The translations under genes and the position numbers were made by a program. Shown piece by piece: positions 50,982-62,500 of a DNA stretch of 64,000 bases. Position 1 is the stretch's first letter; every line of letters starts with the position of its first letter. This DNA comes from an uncultured Verrucomicrobiae bacterium (GTDB lineage: Bacteria > Verrucomicrobiota > Verrucomicrobiia > Chthoniobacterales > UBA10450), in NCBI GenBank assembly GCA_963834385.1, contig CAWIBO010000001.1, positions 64,001-128,000 of the forward strand, in the 5' to 3' direction. The notes under the pieces were generated by a model. That model had not been told where the DNA came from, did no database searches, and saw only the letters and a list, made by a program, of their open reading frames with translations.

Positions 50982-52517
50982 CTAGATCCAGAGTGTGCGG
51001 TCGAAGGTCCGATACTGGATGGCCTCGCTGACATGCTCGGGCGCGACCTCTTCGGCCCCGGCCAGGTCGGCCACGGTGCGGGCGACCTTGAGGATCCGGT
51101 CGTAGGCGCGGGCGCTGAGATTGAGTTCCGCCATGGCTGTGCGGACAAGTTCCTGGGCCTCATGGCCGAGACGGCAATGCTGCTTGAGCTGCCTCGGACC
51201 CATGCGCGCGTTGCAGGTGATCTTCTGTTCGCGGCTGAACCTTTTCTGCTGTCGGCCACGCGCTTCCTGCACCCGGGCGCGGATAACCTCCGATCCCTCC
51301 TCCACCCGCGTGCTGGAGAGGTCGTGATATTCCACCGCGGGCACCTCCACGTGAAGATCAATGCGGTCGAGCAACGGACCGGAGATGCGCTGCCGGTAAC
51401 GCTGCACCTGCACCGGGCTGCAACGGCACTCCCGTTTCAGATCGCCAAAATAGCCGCACGGACACGGATTCATCGCCGCCACCAGCATGAACTCGGAGGG
51501 AAAGGTCAGCGACCCGGCCGCGCGCGAGATGGTCACGTTTCCGTCCTCCAGCGGTTGCCGCATAACCTCGAGAGTTGACCGCTTGAACTCCGGCAATTCG
51601 TCAAGGAAGAGCACCCCGTGATGAGCCAGGCTCACTTCGCCCGGCGTCGGCACCGCCGAGCCGCCGAGGAGGCCAACGTCGGAAATAGTATGGTGCGGCG
51701 ACCGAAAAGGACGGGTTGCGACAAAGGAACGCTCGCCGCCCAGCATGCCGGCGATGCTGTGAATCTTGGTCGCCTCGATCGCCTCCTCCAGCGACAAGGG
51801 AGGCATGATCGTGGCAATCCGCTTGGAGAGCATCGATTTGCCTGAGCCGGGCGGACCAATCATGAGCACGTTATGCCCGCCGGCCACCGCCACCTCGATC
51901 GCCCGTTTTACGTGGCCCTGGCCTTTGACGTCGGCGAAATCGACCTCGTAGGCCTGGTGCGTGGAAAAGAAGCCGCCCATGTCGCCCTGGACCGGCTCAA
52001 GCGGTTTCTGGCCGACCAGAAACTCAAAAGCTTCCCGGAGGTTTTGCACCCCGTAGATGTCGATGCCGCTGACCATGGCGGCCTCGGGAGCATTGGCTGC
52101 CGGCACAATCAGGGCCTCCTTGCCGCGCCGTCGCGCCTCCAGGGCGACCGGCAGGACGCCGCGCACCGGGCGCACGGCCCCGTTCAAGGCCAGCTCACCA
52201 ACGAAGCTGAATCGCTCGATTCGTTCCGGCTCGACCAGTTCATTGACCGCGATCATGCCGAGCGCGATGGGCAGGTCAAAACTGGGCCCCTCCTTTTTGA
52301 TATCGGCCGGCGCCAGATTGATCGTGGTCCGCCCCCGCGGCCAATGGTAACCGCTGTTGCCGATGGCGGTGGTGACGCGGTCGCGGCTTTCCTTGACCGC
52401 CGCATCCGGCAGGCCGACGACCACGATAACCGGGTTGCCGCCGGCCGCGTTGACCTCGATCTCCACCTCGTAGGCGTCGATGCCGTAAACAGCCGCCGAG
52501 TAGATCTTCGCGAGCAT
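50982..52517 (-). CDS. comM: YifB/ComM Mg-chelatase-like AAA+ ATPase
   Basis: [62 protein letters not shown]. Confidence 0.95.
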   Translation of the reverse strand: MLAKIYSAAVYGIDAYEVEIEVNAAGGNPVIVVVGLPDAAVKESRDRVTTAIGNSGYHWPRGRTTINLAPADIKKEGPSFDLPIALGMIAVNELVEPERIERFSFVGELALNGAVRPVRGVLPVALEARRRGKEALIVPAANAPEAAMVSGIDIYGVQNLREAFEFLVGQKPLEPVQGDMGGFFSTHQAYEVDFADVKGQGHVKRAIEVAVAGGHNVLMIGPPGSGKSMLSKRIATIMPPLSLEEAIEATKIHSIAGMLGGERSFVATRPFRSPHHTISDVGLLGGSAVPTPGEVSLAHHGVLFLDELPEFKRSTLEVMRQPLEDGNVTISRAAGSLTFPSEFMLVAAMNPCPCGYFGDLKRECRCSPVQVQRYRQRISGPLLDRIDLHVEVPAVEYHDLSSTRVEEGSEVIRARVQEARGRQQKRFSREQKITCNARMGPRQLKQHCRLGHEAQELVRTAMAELNLSARAYDRILKVARTVADLAGAEEVAPEHVSEAIQYRTFDRTLWI

Positions 52518-52619
52518 CGCCCGGCCAGACTGGCAAAGAACGTTCCCCGGGAAAAGGGGCAAAAACGCGCGGCCCTGCCGAAAGGTCCGCCCCGCCGCCC
52601 CGCTTTCGGGGCCTTCGTG

Positions 52620-53783
52620 CTACTTCTTGGCCCGGGCGCCGTTCCGGGCCCGCGGTTTGCGGTGCCCGTTGCCGTTGCGCTTGATCAGGGCCGGCAGGGA
52701 GAGTTCCTCCTCCTCGCCGCGGATGAAGTCGTCGGTCTTCTTGCGGGCTTCGTCGTCCGTGTACTGGATTGGCGGCGACTTCATGAAATAGCTCGAGGGC
52801 GCGGTCAGCGAACCGGAGATCCCGCGATCGAGCGCCAGCTTGGCGCAGCGAATGGCGTCGATGACCACGCCGGCCGAGTTCGGGGAATCCCAAACCTCGA
52901 GCTTCAGTTCGCAGTTCAGCGGCACGTTCCCGAAAGTGGTGCCTTCCATCCGGATGTAGCACCATTTCCGGTCGGCCAGCCAGGGGACGTAATCGCTCGG
53001 GCCGACATGCACGTCCTTCGCCGGGAGGGCATGGCCAAGCTGGCTCGTGACCGCCTGGGTCTTCGAGATCTTCTTCGATTCCAGACGCTCGCGCTCGAGC
53101 ATGTTCATGAAGTCGGTGTTGCCCCCGAAGTTGAGCTGGTAGGTCCGGTCGAGACGCACGCCGCGATCCCGGAAAAGATTGGTCAGGACGCGATGGGCGA
53201 TGGTGGCCCCGACCTGTGACTTGATGTCGTCGCCAATGATCGGCAGATTCCGCTCCTCGAATCGCTTCTGCCAGTAACGCTGGGAGGCGATGAACACCGG
53301 CACGCAATTGATGAAGGCACACCCGGCCTCGAGGATCTGTTCCACATACCACTTCGTGGCCATTTCCGAGCCGACCGGCAGGTAGGAAACCACCACGTCC
53401 GTCTTGGTTTTCTTCAGGATGCCGACAATGTCGTCCGTCTGCCCGGGCGACTTCTTCACGATGCGCTTCACATACTTGCCCAGGCCATCGTGGGTCATGC
53501 CGCGATGCACCTTTACGCCCGTCTTCGGAACGTCGGCGAACTTGATCGTGTTGTTCGGCTCGGCGAAAACGGCCTCGCTCAGGTCGCGGCCCACCTTGGC
53601 CAGGGCAATGTCGAAGGCCGCGGTAAACTCAATGTCCCGCACATGGTAGCCACCAAGGTCGACGTGCATGAGGCCGGGGACAAAGTCGTCCCCGTTCGCG
53701 TTACGGTAGAATTCCACCCCCTGCACGAGGGAGGAGGCGCAGTTGCCCACGCCGATAATGCCGACGCGAATTTTATCTTTCAT
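52620..53783 (-). CDS. ino1: Inositol-3-phosphate synthase
   Basis: [51 protein letters not shown]. Confidence 0.95.
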   Translation of the reverse strand: MKDKIRVGIIGVGNCASSLVQGVEFYRNANGDDFVPGLMHVDLGGYHVRDIEFTAAFDIALAKVGRDLSEAVFAEPNNTIKFADVPKTGVKVHRGMTHDGLGKYVKRIVKKSPGQTDDIVGILKKTKTDVVVSYLPVGSEMATKWYVEQILEAGCAFINCVPVFIASQRYWQKRFEERNLPIIGDDIKSQVGATIAHRVLTNLFRDRGVRLDRTYQLNFGGNTDFMNMLERERLESKKISKTQAVTSQLGHALPAKDVHVGPSDYVPWLADRKWCYIRMEGTTFGNVPLNCELKLEVWDSPNSAGVVIDAIRCAKLALDRGISGSLTAPSSYFMKSPPIQYTDDEARKKTDDFIRGEEEELSLPALIKRNGNGHRKPRARNGARAKK

Positions 53784-54295
53784 GGTCTTTTTTGGGGTTT
53801 TCAAAGGGATGCCTGGGCGGTTTGTTGCTGCTGGAAGAGAAAAATCCCGCGGTCTGCGTAAGGCGGCGCCCTGCCCGCCGGGCACCCGCCCGAAAAGCAA
53901 AAGACCGATTTGCGCGACCGCCATCCTCGGGCATTGCCCGCGGAATCTCCAGCATATCTTGGGAGCGCCCGGGACTGGCCATTTCACGCCAGGCCACGGA
54001 AAAGTCTCTCAAAACGGGGCCAATGGTCGCGAATTTCCCTGAAATTGCAACTTCTGTGTGAATATCACGGGAAAATGCGCGTCCATCGCTTTCCGCCCAG
54101 GCGAACATGTAGTTGACGCATGATCCGCGGTGGGCTGTCCCCCGCCGGCGAACGCGGCAACGAATCGGGAACACGGGGCAAAGGTGGCGGCAGACGGGCC
54201 CTGTTGACAGTTTTGAACAAAAGACATCCGCCCAGTGTCATTAGAACGAAATATTTAACCTTGTTAACTACTGACCTCCGATGGTAGAAAACGCA

Positions 54296-54335
54296 CCGCT
54301 CAAGGCCTTTGCCGACGTAAAGGTCTTGTGGGCGG
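54296..54335 (+). promoter_or_regulatory. Stable hairpin in the putative 5' leader of the sigma70 gene
   Basis: CCGCTCAAGGCCTTTGC-CGAC-GTAAAGGTCTTG-TG-GGCGG (~17 bp including G-U pairs, one bulge). Confidence 0.5.
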
Positions 54336-54365
54336 GCAGTTCCCCCCCCAGAAATGAAAAGTTTT

Positions 54366-55220
54366 ATGGCTGCTGAAGACAGCGATACAGGTATAAAAAT
54401 CTATCTGCGCGAAATCGGGCAGATCCCCTTGCTCACACCTGAGCAGGAGATCGAGCTCGCCGCCAAGATCAAGAAGGGGGACAAGGAAGCGCGGGCGCTC
54501 ATGATCCGCTCCAACCTCCGTCTTGTGGTGAAGATCGCGCACGATTACGCCAATCTCGGCCTGCCCCTCCTCGATCTGATCTCGGAAGGCAACATCGGCC
54601 TGATGAAGGCGGTGGAGCGTTTCGACCCAGCCAAGGGCGGCAAGCTGAGCACGTATGCCGCCTGGTGGATCAAGCAGTCGATCAAGCGCGCCCTGGCGAA
54701 CCAGTCGAAGACCATCCGCCTGCCGGTTCATCTCGTCGATAAAATCTCGAAGATGCGCCGAGTCTCGCTGCAGATGAGCGAAGAACTGGGCCGGGAACCG
54801 ACCGATGATGAGCTTGGTGAGGAAATCGGCATTGCCTCGGGCAAGGTGTCGCAGCTCAAGACTGTTTCCATCCGGCCGGCTTCACTCGACGCCCCGATCA
54901 GCGACGATGATTCAACCGAGTTCGGGGAAATTGTCGGAGACGAAGAGGCGCAGACGCCGTTTGAGCTGCTGCGCGACAAGAACCTCCGCAACGAGGTGGG
55001 CGGTCTGCTCGAGGTCCTGGACGATCGCGAGAAGAAGATCATCTTCCAGCGCTTCGGCCTTGATGGCGGAAAACCCAAAACCCTCGAGGAAGTCGGCAAA
55101 AAATTCGGCGTCACGCGTGAGCGTATTCGCCAGCTGCAGAACATCGCGCTTTCCAAGCTCCGCCGGGCCCTCGCCAAAAAGGAACGGCCGGTGGATGTCG
55201 AGCTTCCGGTCGAGGCCTAA
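54366..55220 (+). CDS. RpoD/SigA-family sigma70 factor lacking region 1.1
   Basis: [59 protein letters not shown]. Alternative start 54354. Confidence 0.93.
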   Translation: MAAEDSDTGIKIYLREIGQIPLLTPEQEIELAAKIKKGDKEARALMIRSNLRLVVKIAHDYANLGLPLLDLISEGNIGLMKAVERFDPAKGGKLSTYAAWWIKQSIKRALANQSKTIRLPVHLVDKISKMRRVSLQMSEELGREPTDDELGEEIGIASGKVSQLKTVSIRPASLDAPISDDDSTEFGEIVGDEEAQTPFELLRDKNLRNEVGGLLEVLDDREKKIIFQRFGLDGGKPKTLEEVGKKFGVTRERIRQLQNIALSKLRRALAKKERPVDVELPVEA

Positions 55221-55250
55221 GGACGTCCCGGTTTGGCAAGGACCGCCGGG

Positions 55251-56714
55251 CTAGCCTGCGGAGGTGCGTCCACCGCTACGAGTGTTTGCCGGCGGTCCGG
55301 CCTGGCGGACCTGCACGGAATCGAAGCTGGCGCCCCGGGCGTGGACGTCGCTCAGGATCACGAGGTTGTCCCCCGCCTCGGCGAGGCCGGCCCGCCAGAG
55401 ATATTCCTCGGCGGCGCCGATGGTTGAATTAGGATCGCTCGCGAATTCCATCCGCACGGGAAACGTTCCCCAGCAGATGGCCAGCTGGCGGTAGACGCGC
55501 TCGCTGGGCGTAAAGGCGAAGATCGGCGCGCGCTCCGGCCGCATGTTCGAGACGTAACGCGCCATGTTGCCGTGCCGGGTAAAGACAATGATCCGGGCCC
55601 GGCTCAGGGAATTGGCCAGGACCACGGCGGAGGCGACCGTCTTTTGCCGTGAATCCTCCAGGATCGCCTTCTTCCCGTAGCCTGCTCCGCCGCTGCGCTC
55701 GATCCGGCGCGTCACCCGGTTCAGGACCTGGACGCACTGGAGCGGATAACGGCCGATGGATGTTTCGCCGCTGAGCATGATGGCGTCCGCCTGTTCAAAG
55801 ACGGCGTTGGAAACATCCGTGATCTCCGCGCGCGTCGGGACCGGGTTCTCGATCATCGACTCGAGCAGGTGCGTGGCGACCACGACCGGTTTCCCGATGC
55901 GGAGACACTGCTTCACGATCCGCCGCTGGATGATCGGCAGCTCCTCCATGGGACATTCGATCCCAAGATCGCCTCGCGCCACCATGATGGCATCCGCGCC
56001 GTGGATCATCTCATCGATCTGCCGGACCGCGCTCTGGTCCTCGATCTTGGCCACCACCTGGGCCTGGCTTCCCTCCGCCTGCAGCGCCTTCCGCAGCTCG
56101 TCCAGGTCGCTGCGTTCCCGGGCGAAACTGAGCGCCACAAAATCCACGTTCATCTCCGAGCCCAGCCGGATGTCGCGCCGGTCCTTTTCCGTCAGCGGCG
56201 GCAGGCTGACCTTGACCCCGGGCAGGTTGATATGACGCCGTGAGCCGAGCGTTCCCGGGGTCAGGACCTTCGAGAGAATACGGTTCGCTTTTTTCTCCAG
56301 GACCTTGAGATGGATGACCCCGTTATCGACCAGAACGGTGTCCCCCACCGAAATGTCGTTGATCAGCCCGTCATAGTTCACGTCCACCGAGTGTTCCTCT
56401 TCGCTGCGGGCTCCGCGCACGGTGAACTCAAGCACGTCTCCCGGTTTCAATTGCAGGTCGGCGCTCACGTCCCCGGTCCGGATCGCGGGACCCTGGGTGT
56501 CCATCAGGATCGCGACCGAGCGCCCGGCCTTTTCCGCCGCCCGGCGAATCAAGGGCACCGTCGCCCGGACGGAATCATGGGAGGCGTGGCTCATGTTGAG
56601 CCGGAAAACGTCCACCCCCTCCTGCACCAGGTCGCGGATCTTTTCCGCGCTGTCGGTGGAGGGTCCCAGGGTGCAGATGATTTTCGTCCGGCGCGTGGCG
56701 TCAGTCGTGTTCAT
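55251..56714 (-). CDS. pyk: Pyruvate kinase
   Basis: RTKIICTLGP, RLNMSH, DTQGPAIRTG, AKIE, MVARGDLG, DAIMLSGET. Confidence 0.96.
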   Translation of the reverse strand: MNTTDATRRTKIICTLGPSTDSAEKIRDLVQEGVDVFRLNMSHASHDSVRATVPLIRRAAEKAGRSVAILMDTQGPAIRTGDVSADLQLKPGDVLEFTVRGARSEEEHSVDVNYDGLINDISVGDTVLVDNGVIHLKVLEKKANRILSKVLTPGTLGSRRHINLPGVKVSLPPLTEKDRRDIRLGSEMNVDFVALSFARERSDLDELRKALQAEGSQAQVVAKIEDQSAVRQIDEMIHGADAIMVARGDLGIECPMEELPIIQRRIVKQCLRIGKPVVVATHLLESMIENPVPTRAEITDVSNAVFEQADAIMLSGETSIGRYPLQCVQVLNRVTRRIERSGGAGYGKKAILEDSRQKTVASAVVLANSLSRARIIVFTRHGNMARYVSNMRPERAPIFAFTPSERVYRQLAICWGTFPVRMEFASDPNSTIGAAEEYLWRAGLAEAGDNLVILSDVHARGASFDSVQVRQAGPPANTRSGGRTSAG

Positions 56715-59554
56715 AGAGAGCGGGCGCCGCTCCCACCGGCGCCGCCCGTCACCCAATCGAATCGGGGCGGAAAAGCCAGCTGAAATCCGGGCGGCGCGAG
56801 GGAAAAATTCGGCGTGTAATAGGGATCGCGCAGCAGCTCAACGCCCCAGCGTTCCTGCATGTAGCGCGCTTCCTGCAGCAGTTGCATCACTTCTCCGTGG
56901 GGCCGGTTCCGGCCGCGCGAGGCTGATTCGTGATGCACCAGTTCAGCATACGGCGTCCAGACGATGCGCCAACCCGCCGCCCGCACACGCAGACAGAGAT
57001 CGACGTCATTGAAGTCGACCGGGAGATTCTTTTCGTCGAAGCCTCCCAGCTCCAGGAAGAGCGGGCCCCTGATCAGGAGGCAGGCCGCCGTGACTGCGCT
57101 GCAGTCGCGATGCAACCAGGCCCGGTTGAAATAGCCGGGATGGTCCCGGGGCAGCTTGTAATAATAATGTCCGGCAACGCCGCCGTAGCCAAGGAGCACC
57201 CCGGCATGCTGCAAAGTGCCATCAGGATAGACCAGACGCGCCCCGGCTGCGCCCACTCCCGGTTGCAAAAGCTGGCTGACCAGTTCCCGAAGCCAGCCCG
57301 GATCACGGCCTTCCACGTCATTGTTCAGGAAGAGGATAAGATCGCCCCGCGCCGCGCGCGCACCGAGGTTGTTCAGCCGGCTGTAATTAAAGGTTCCGGT
57401 GGCCCGCAATATCTGCGTGCGCGGCTCTCTCCCCGCCGCCTCCAGCAGTTCCCTCGCTTCCGGTTCGGTCGATTCGTGGTCAACAATCACGATTTCGACG
57501 CCGGGATAATCCGTCCGTTCCCGCAGGGTGGCGAGGCATTGCCGGAGCAAGGCGGCTTTGTTCCGCGTCGGCAGGACCACGGAGACGGAAGGCAGTTCCG
57601 GCGGCAGATCAAAGATGACCCGGTGCGAATCGTCGCTTTGCGGGCACGGCACCACGCGGCCTGCGATTTTCCGCCGGGCAAGGTGGTCCGAAAGGGCCCG
57701 GCGCGCCGCCTCCCGCGCGTAAGGTTTGGCTTCGCGGGAATCGGCCACGCTCCCCGGCACCATGCGCCAATGGTAAAGCACCCGGGGTATGTGCCTGACC
57801 TGGTCAGGGCGAAGGCGTTCCAGGCAGCGCAGGGCGAGGTCGTAATCTTGCGAGCCTTCGTAGCCTTCGCGAAACCCGCCGATCTCACGGACGAGAGCGG
57901 TGCGATAAAGCCCGAGGTGATTAATGAAATTCTGGCCGAGGAAAAGGAGCGGATCCCACTCGGTCTTGAAGAACGGATTCGAACGCCGTTCCTGCCGGTC
58001 AACGCTGTCCTGGTCGGTGTAGATCAATCCCGCCTCGGCATGCGCCCCGGCCTCCCGCATGGCCCAGGCCAGCGCGTCCTCGTGCAATTCGTCATCATGG
58101 TCGAGCAGGGCGCACCATTCACCCGTGGCCTGTTCCAGGGCGGTGTTGGAGCAGGCTGAAATATGTCCGTTGGTCGTGCGAAAGGCGAGGCGGACCCGGG
58201 GTTCCTCGCGGGCGAATTTTTCCAGGAGCGGCCGGATGCGTTTGTCCGTCGAGGCATCATCGGCGATGCACAATTCCCAGTTCCGGTAGCTCTGCCGTCG
58301 CACCGACTCCAGCGCCGCCTGCAGGACCTCCGGTGGCGGATCAAAAACGGGCAGAATGATCGAGACCAGCGGGTGCCGGCGCAGACCACGCAGGTGGCGG
58401 CGCATTTCGCGGCGGCTGCCGGGCGTGGGTCGCGAGTAAAGCGCAAGCCAGCGCGCGTAAGCCTCATCCCCCTCCTCCCCGGCGCCGCCGGGCGCAGTCA
58501 TCGTTTCCGCCAGCGCCTCGTCAAAGTCGCGACCAAAGCGGTCGATCCCGTGGCGCAGTTGAAACGTCCGGCGGGCGACCGCCCCCAGTTCCCGACGCCC
58601 TTTGTCATCGCGGATACAGGCGAGCATCGCCTCGGCGAGTTTCGACGGCGATTCTGCCGGCACCATCAGGCCGTTGAGACCGTGCCGGATGCTTTCGCTG
58701 ATTCCGCCGACGTCGGTGGCGATCACGGCCCGCCCCAGGGCCATCGCTTCCAGGATGGAAATGGGCATGGCTTCATCACGCGACGCACAGACGAGCACGT
58801 CGGTCGCAGACAGCGCTTCCAGGGCCGCGCCGTGGTCCAGCGCCCCGAGGATTTTCGCATCGAGAGAGCGCGCGCGGGTTTCCACCTCCTTGTAGAAAGA
58901 TTCGTCGAGAACCCGGCCGGCCATCGAGAACGCGGCCCGGCCACGCACGTCCGCCGGGAGAGCAGCCACCGCCTCGAGAAACAGATCCTGCCCCTTGCGC
59001 GGCTCAAAGCTTCCGAGCAGGAGAAAAGTCGTCCTCTCTTTTTCCGTCTCCGACCCGGCACAGGCCGGCGCCGGGATGCCATACGGAATCACGCGCACGG
59101 GACGCGGCGTCAACGGCGCAAACATGTAGCCGGCCCGAACCGTCGGCACCACGATCAGGGAAGGACGGAGGAGCGTTTCGCCAATCTCCGGGATTCTCCT
59201 GATCATCTCAGGGACGACGAGGGTCTCGTGCACATACCAGAGCGACTGTTTCTCTTCACGGAAAGCGGCCCGGACTGCGCCCCAGCTCAGGATGCTGTTG
59301 GCCACGACCAGATCGTGATCGCGCGCCAGGCGCCGCAGAGACCGATGCTCCCAGTCGCGCAGGAGTTCCTCGTCGAGCACGGTCGCGACGCCGGCAGCCT
59401 CCAGCAGGTCAAGCAACGGTCCCTTCTCCGGCAAGGCCACCGTGAAGTCCCGGCCGCGGGCCTGCCACCAGCGGGCCAGGTGCAGCAATTGCATCGGAGC
59501 GCCACTCAAGGTGGCCTCGTGAGAAACGAAAAGCGTCCTCGACCCGGCGCTCAT
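56711..59554 (-). CDS. Multidomain glycosyltransferase GT4-GT2-GT2
   Basis: VSHEATLSGAP, EPRKGQD, SRDEAMP...EAM (GT4); LDHDDEL, QDYDLALR (GT2); FLNNDVE, QHAG, NDVDLCL, HHESASRG (GT2). Confidence 0.9.
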   Translation of the reverse strand: MSAGSRTLFVSHEATLSGAPMQLLHLARWWQARGRDFTVALPEKGPLLDLLEAAGVATVLDEELLRDWEHRSLRRLARDHDLVVANSILSWGAVRAAFREEKQSLWYVHETLVVPEMIRRIPEIGETLLRPSLIVVPTVRAGYMFAPLTPRPVRVIPYGIPAPACAGSETEKERTTFLLLGSFEPRKGQDLFLEAVAALPADVRGRAAFSMAGRVLDESFYKEVETRARSLDAKILGALDHGAALEALSATDVLVCASRDEAMPISILEAMALGRAVIATDVGGISESIRHGLNGLMVPAESPSKLAEAMLACIRDDKGRRELGAVARRTFQLRHGIDRFGRDFDEALAETMTAPGGAGEEGDEAYARWLALYSRPTPGSRREMRRHLRGLRRHPLVSIILPVFDPPPEVLQAALESVRRQSYRNWELCIADDASTDKRIRPLLEKFAREEPRVRLAFRTTNGHISACSNTALEQATGEWCALLDHDDELHEDALAWAMREAGAHAEAGLIYTDQDSVDRQERRSNPFFKTEWDPLLFLGQNFINHLGLYRTALVREIGGFREGYEGSQDYDLALRCLERLRPDQVRHIPRVLYHWRMVPGSVADSREAKPYAREAARRALSDHLARRKIAGRVVPCPQSDDSHRVIFDLPPELPSVSVVLPTRNKAALLRQCLATLRERTDYPGVEIVIVDHESTEPEARELLEAAGREPRTQILRATGTFNYSRLNNLGARAARGDLILFLNNDVEGRDPGWLRELVSQLLQPGVGAAGARLVYPDGTLQHAGVLLGYGGVAGHYYYKLPRDHPGYFNRAWLHRDCSAVTAACLLIRGPLFLELGGFDEKNLPVDFNDVDLCLRVRAAGWRIVWTPYAELVHHESASRGRNRPHGEVMQLLQEARYMQERWGVELLRDPYYTPNFSLAPPGFQLAFPPRFDWVTGGAGGSGARSL

Positions 59555-62500
59555 GCCCGCTTCACTCCGTTTTCCTCGGCCGGCTCAAGGCTGCGGCCAA
59601 GCTGGCTTTCCACCAGTCCCTCAAACTCGCGGCCGAAGCGGTCCAGGGTGAACCGTTCCTGAAAAGTCTTTCGCGCTTCCTCCCCCAGGCTCCGCCGCAG
59701 ATCCTCGTCCCCGGCCAGCCGGTCCAGCGCCACCGCCAGCATCGGGGCCGACTCGGCATTGACCAGCAACGCGTTTTCGTTATGACGCAAAAACTCCAGG
59801 GCGCCGCCCACGGTCGTGCTCACGATCGGCTTCGCCATGCTCATCGCCTCGAGCATGGTCACCGTCGGCATGGCCTCATCGCGCGACGGGAACACGACGA
59901 CATCCGCGCCCGACAGCAGACGCAGCGCCTCCGCATGCGTCACCGGGCCGGTCAGTTGAACATTCGGCAAAGCGGAAGCGCGACGGGCGATCTCCGCGCC
60001 GAAGGCAGGGTCATGCACGCGACCCGCGATCAACACCTCCAGGCCGGGTTGCGCAGACGCCGGGAACCCGCTGAGGGCATCGAGCAGAATATCCTGTCCT
60101 TTCCGCGGCTCGACCGTGCCGAGCAGAACCACCTTGAGAGGTCCCGCCGAGCGCACGCTCGCCCCTTCGGGAATCTCCGGCGCGGGTGGCGTGATGGCGT
60201 TGCGCAGGCAAACGACGGCCCGGTCGGTGTAGGGACGATAAACGGCGCAGGCGCGCTCCGACGGGGCCATGACCAGGTCAGCCCGGGGAAGCGCCGCCCG
60301 CATGCCGGCCTCCCGCTGGAGATAATGCTCGCCCACTTCCGTCTCGTGCAGCCACCAGATGACCGGCGTGCCGCTCCCGGCGAGAGCGTTCACCACCGGC
60401 GCGCCGAAGATGGTATTCGCAATCACGACGTCAAACGGCCGCGCGAAATCGACAAACGAGCGATGGCCTTCGTTGACCAGCGGATCGATCAGGACCGGGA
60501 TGCCCTCCTTCTCGAATTCCTTGCGCAAAGGGCCGTCGAGGGGCGACATGACGACGCAGAAAATCCCATTGGCCCGGCACCAGCGTGCCGCCTGCAGGAG
60601 CATCATCGGCGCCCCCGAGAGCGAGAGATCGTGCGAAACCAGGAGCAGATCCGCGCGACCAGGCCGGCTTTCCGGGTTGTTGCGCCCGGACATCCGCACC
60701 GGCGTGGGTGAATCGTGATAGAGCCATTCGCGCATCGGCCCGGTGAAGTACGGGTCGTGCGTGGAGTATTCGCCCCAACGCCGCAGGAGAAAGATCGAGG
60801 CCTTGTCTCGCGCCTCCTTCTTGGCCGGCTCCACTGTCTCCAAAGAGGCATGGCCGACGTGGCGCAGCGTGGTGAAAGGCGTGTAAACGCAGCGCAAACC
60901 TGCTTCGCGCACTTTGAAACAAAGATCGATGTCGGAATGCGCGATGGGGGTGTTGATGGCGTCGAAACCGCCCAGCCGGAGGAAATCGTCCCGCCGCATG
61001 GCCAGGCAGGCGCCGGAAAGGGCGGAGACCTCCCGCAGCGACTGGGCGAGATTGGCATGCTGCGCGAAATCGTGTGGCAACTGATGGAAGGCCGTCCCGG
61101 CCAGACCGCGGACGCCCATGACCAGCCCGGCGTGCTGGATCAGGCCCGTTTCGTAAAGCAGCTTCGGGGCAACAGCCCCCACCCCCGGATCTTCCAGTTG
61201 CTCGATCAGGTCGCCGACCCATGCCGGATCCATCGCCTCCACGTCATCGTTGAGGAAAATCAGCCGGTCGCCGGTGGCTTCATCGGCCGCGAGATTGCAT
61301 TTGTCGGAAAAATTAAAAGGCTCGTCGTAGGGAAGAAAACGCACGGCGGCTTTGACCGCGGGGTTGGCGCGCAGCGCTTCAATCACGCCGCTATTGGTCA
61401 CGATCAGGAACTCGATCTCGCTCCAGGAAGTTGCCGCCGGCAGGGTGCAGGCGGCGGCGGTGGCGCGCGGCAGGGAATCAGTCGGAATCACAATCGAAAC
61501 CCGGCGCGATCCGGCGAGGCGCAGCCGGGCGCGGTTGGCCGTGGGAAGCTCAATGATATCCGCCGGATGTCCCCGCCGTTCCATGGCCTCGGCCAGTGCG
61601 GCCAGGTTCGTCCGACGAGCGTCCGGCTTGCCGCCCGCCGAACCCGAGGCCGGATGCTCCCGCCAGTGATAAAGAACATGCGGGATGTGCACGATCTTCC
61701 CCGCCTGCTCGGTCGCGCGCAGGGCCAGATCGTAATCCTGCGAGAGATCAAACTCCGGCCGGAGCCAGCCTGTCGCCTGGAGAAACGCGGCACGATAGAC
61801 GGTCAGGTGGCCGAGATACATGCTCGAGAGCAGGAGCGACGGGCTCCACTCCGGCTTGAAAAACGGCGCCTGCCGCCGCCCGTCCGGACCGCAGGCGGTC
61901 CTCGTCGCTGTAAAGAATGTCAGCGCCGGGATGGGCCTTGATCGCCTGCGCGATCTCATAAAAAGCAAAGGGCGCCAGCAAATCATCGTGATCAGCAAAG
62001 GTCACATAGTCGCCGGTGGCGATGGCCAGGCCGCGGTTGGTGTTCTCCGCAATGCCGAGATTGCGATCGAGCCGCACCAGGCGGGCCAGACTGCCCCGCG
62101 CTGCCTCCCATTCGCGCAGGAGATCGGACGTCGCGGGGTCCGAGCCGGCGTCCACCAGGCAGACCTCCCAGTCGGGGTAAGTCTGCAGGTCGAGGGAGCG
62201 AAGCAGCTCGCGCAAGAACTCGCGCGGCGGATTATGCACCGGGATGACCACGCTCAGGCGCGGCCGCTCGGAAAAGCGCGTTTCCTTCTGCCGCGCCAGC
62301 ATCGCGGCGGAGGGTTCATGCTCCTGAATCCAGCGCTCATAACGTTCGGGGGAGAGATCGAGACGGGCCGGGACCGCCGCCACCGGAACGGGCGGAGTCG
62401 CTGCCGGCCCCGCCGGGACCAGCCCAAGCTTCCGTCCCAGCCGACGCAGTTCGCGCGGAATCTTTTGCCAGGCGGGAAGAGCCACTCGCTCGGGCTCAAA

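Noticed and set aside
54202..54219. TGTTG...GAACA resembling the verrucomicrobial LexA box TGTTC-N4-GAACA
   Set aside because: Spacer is 8 nt, not 4, with a mismatch; I saw no clear box at rarA, lhr or comM either.
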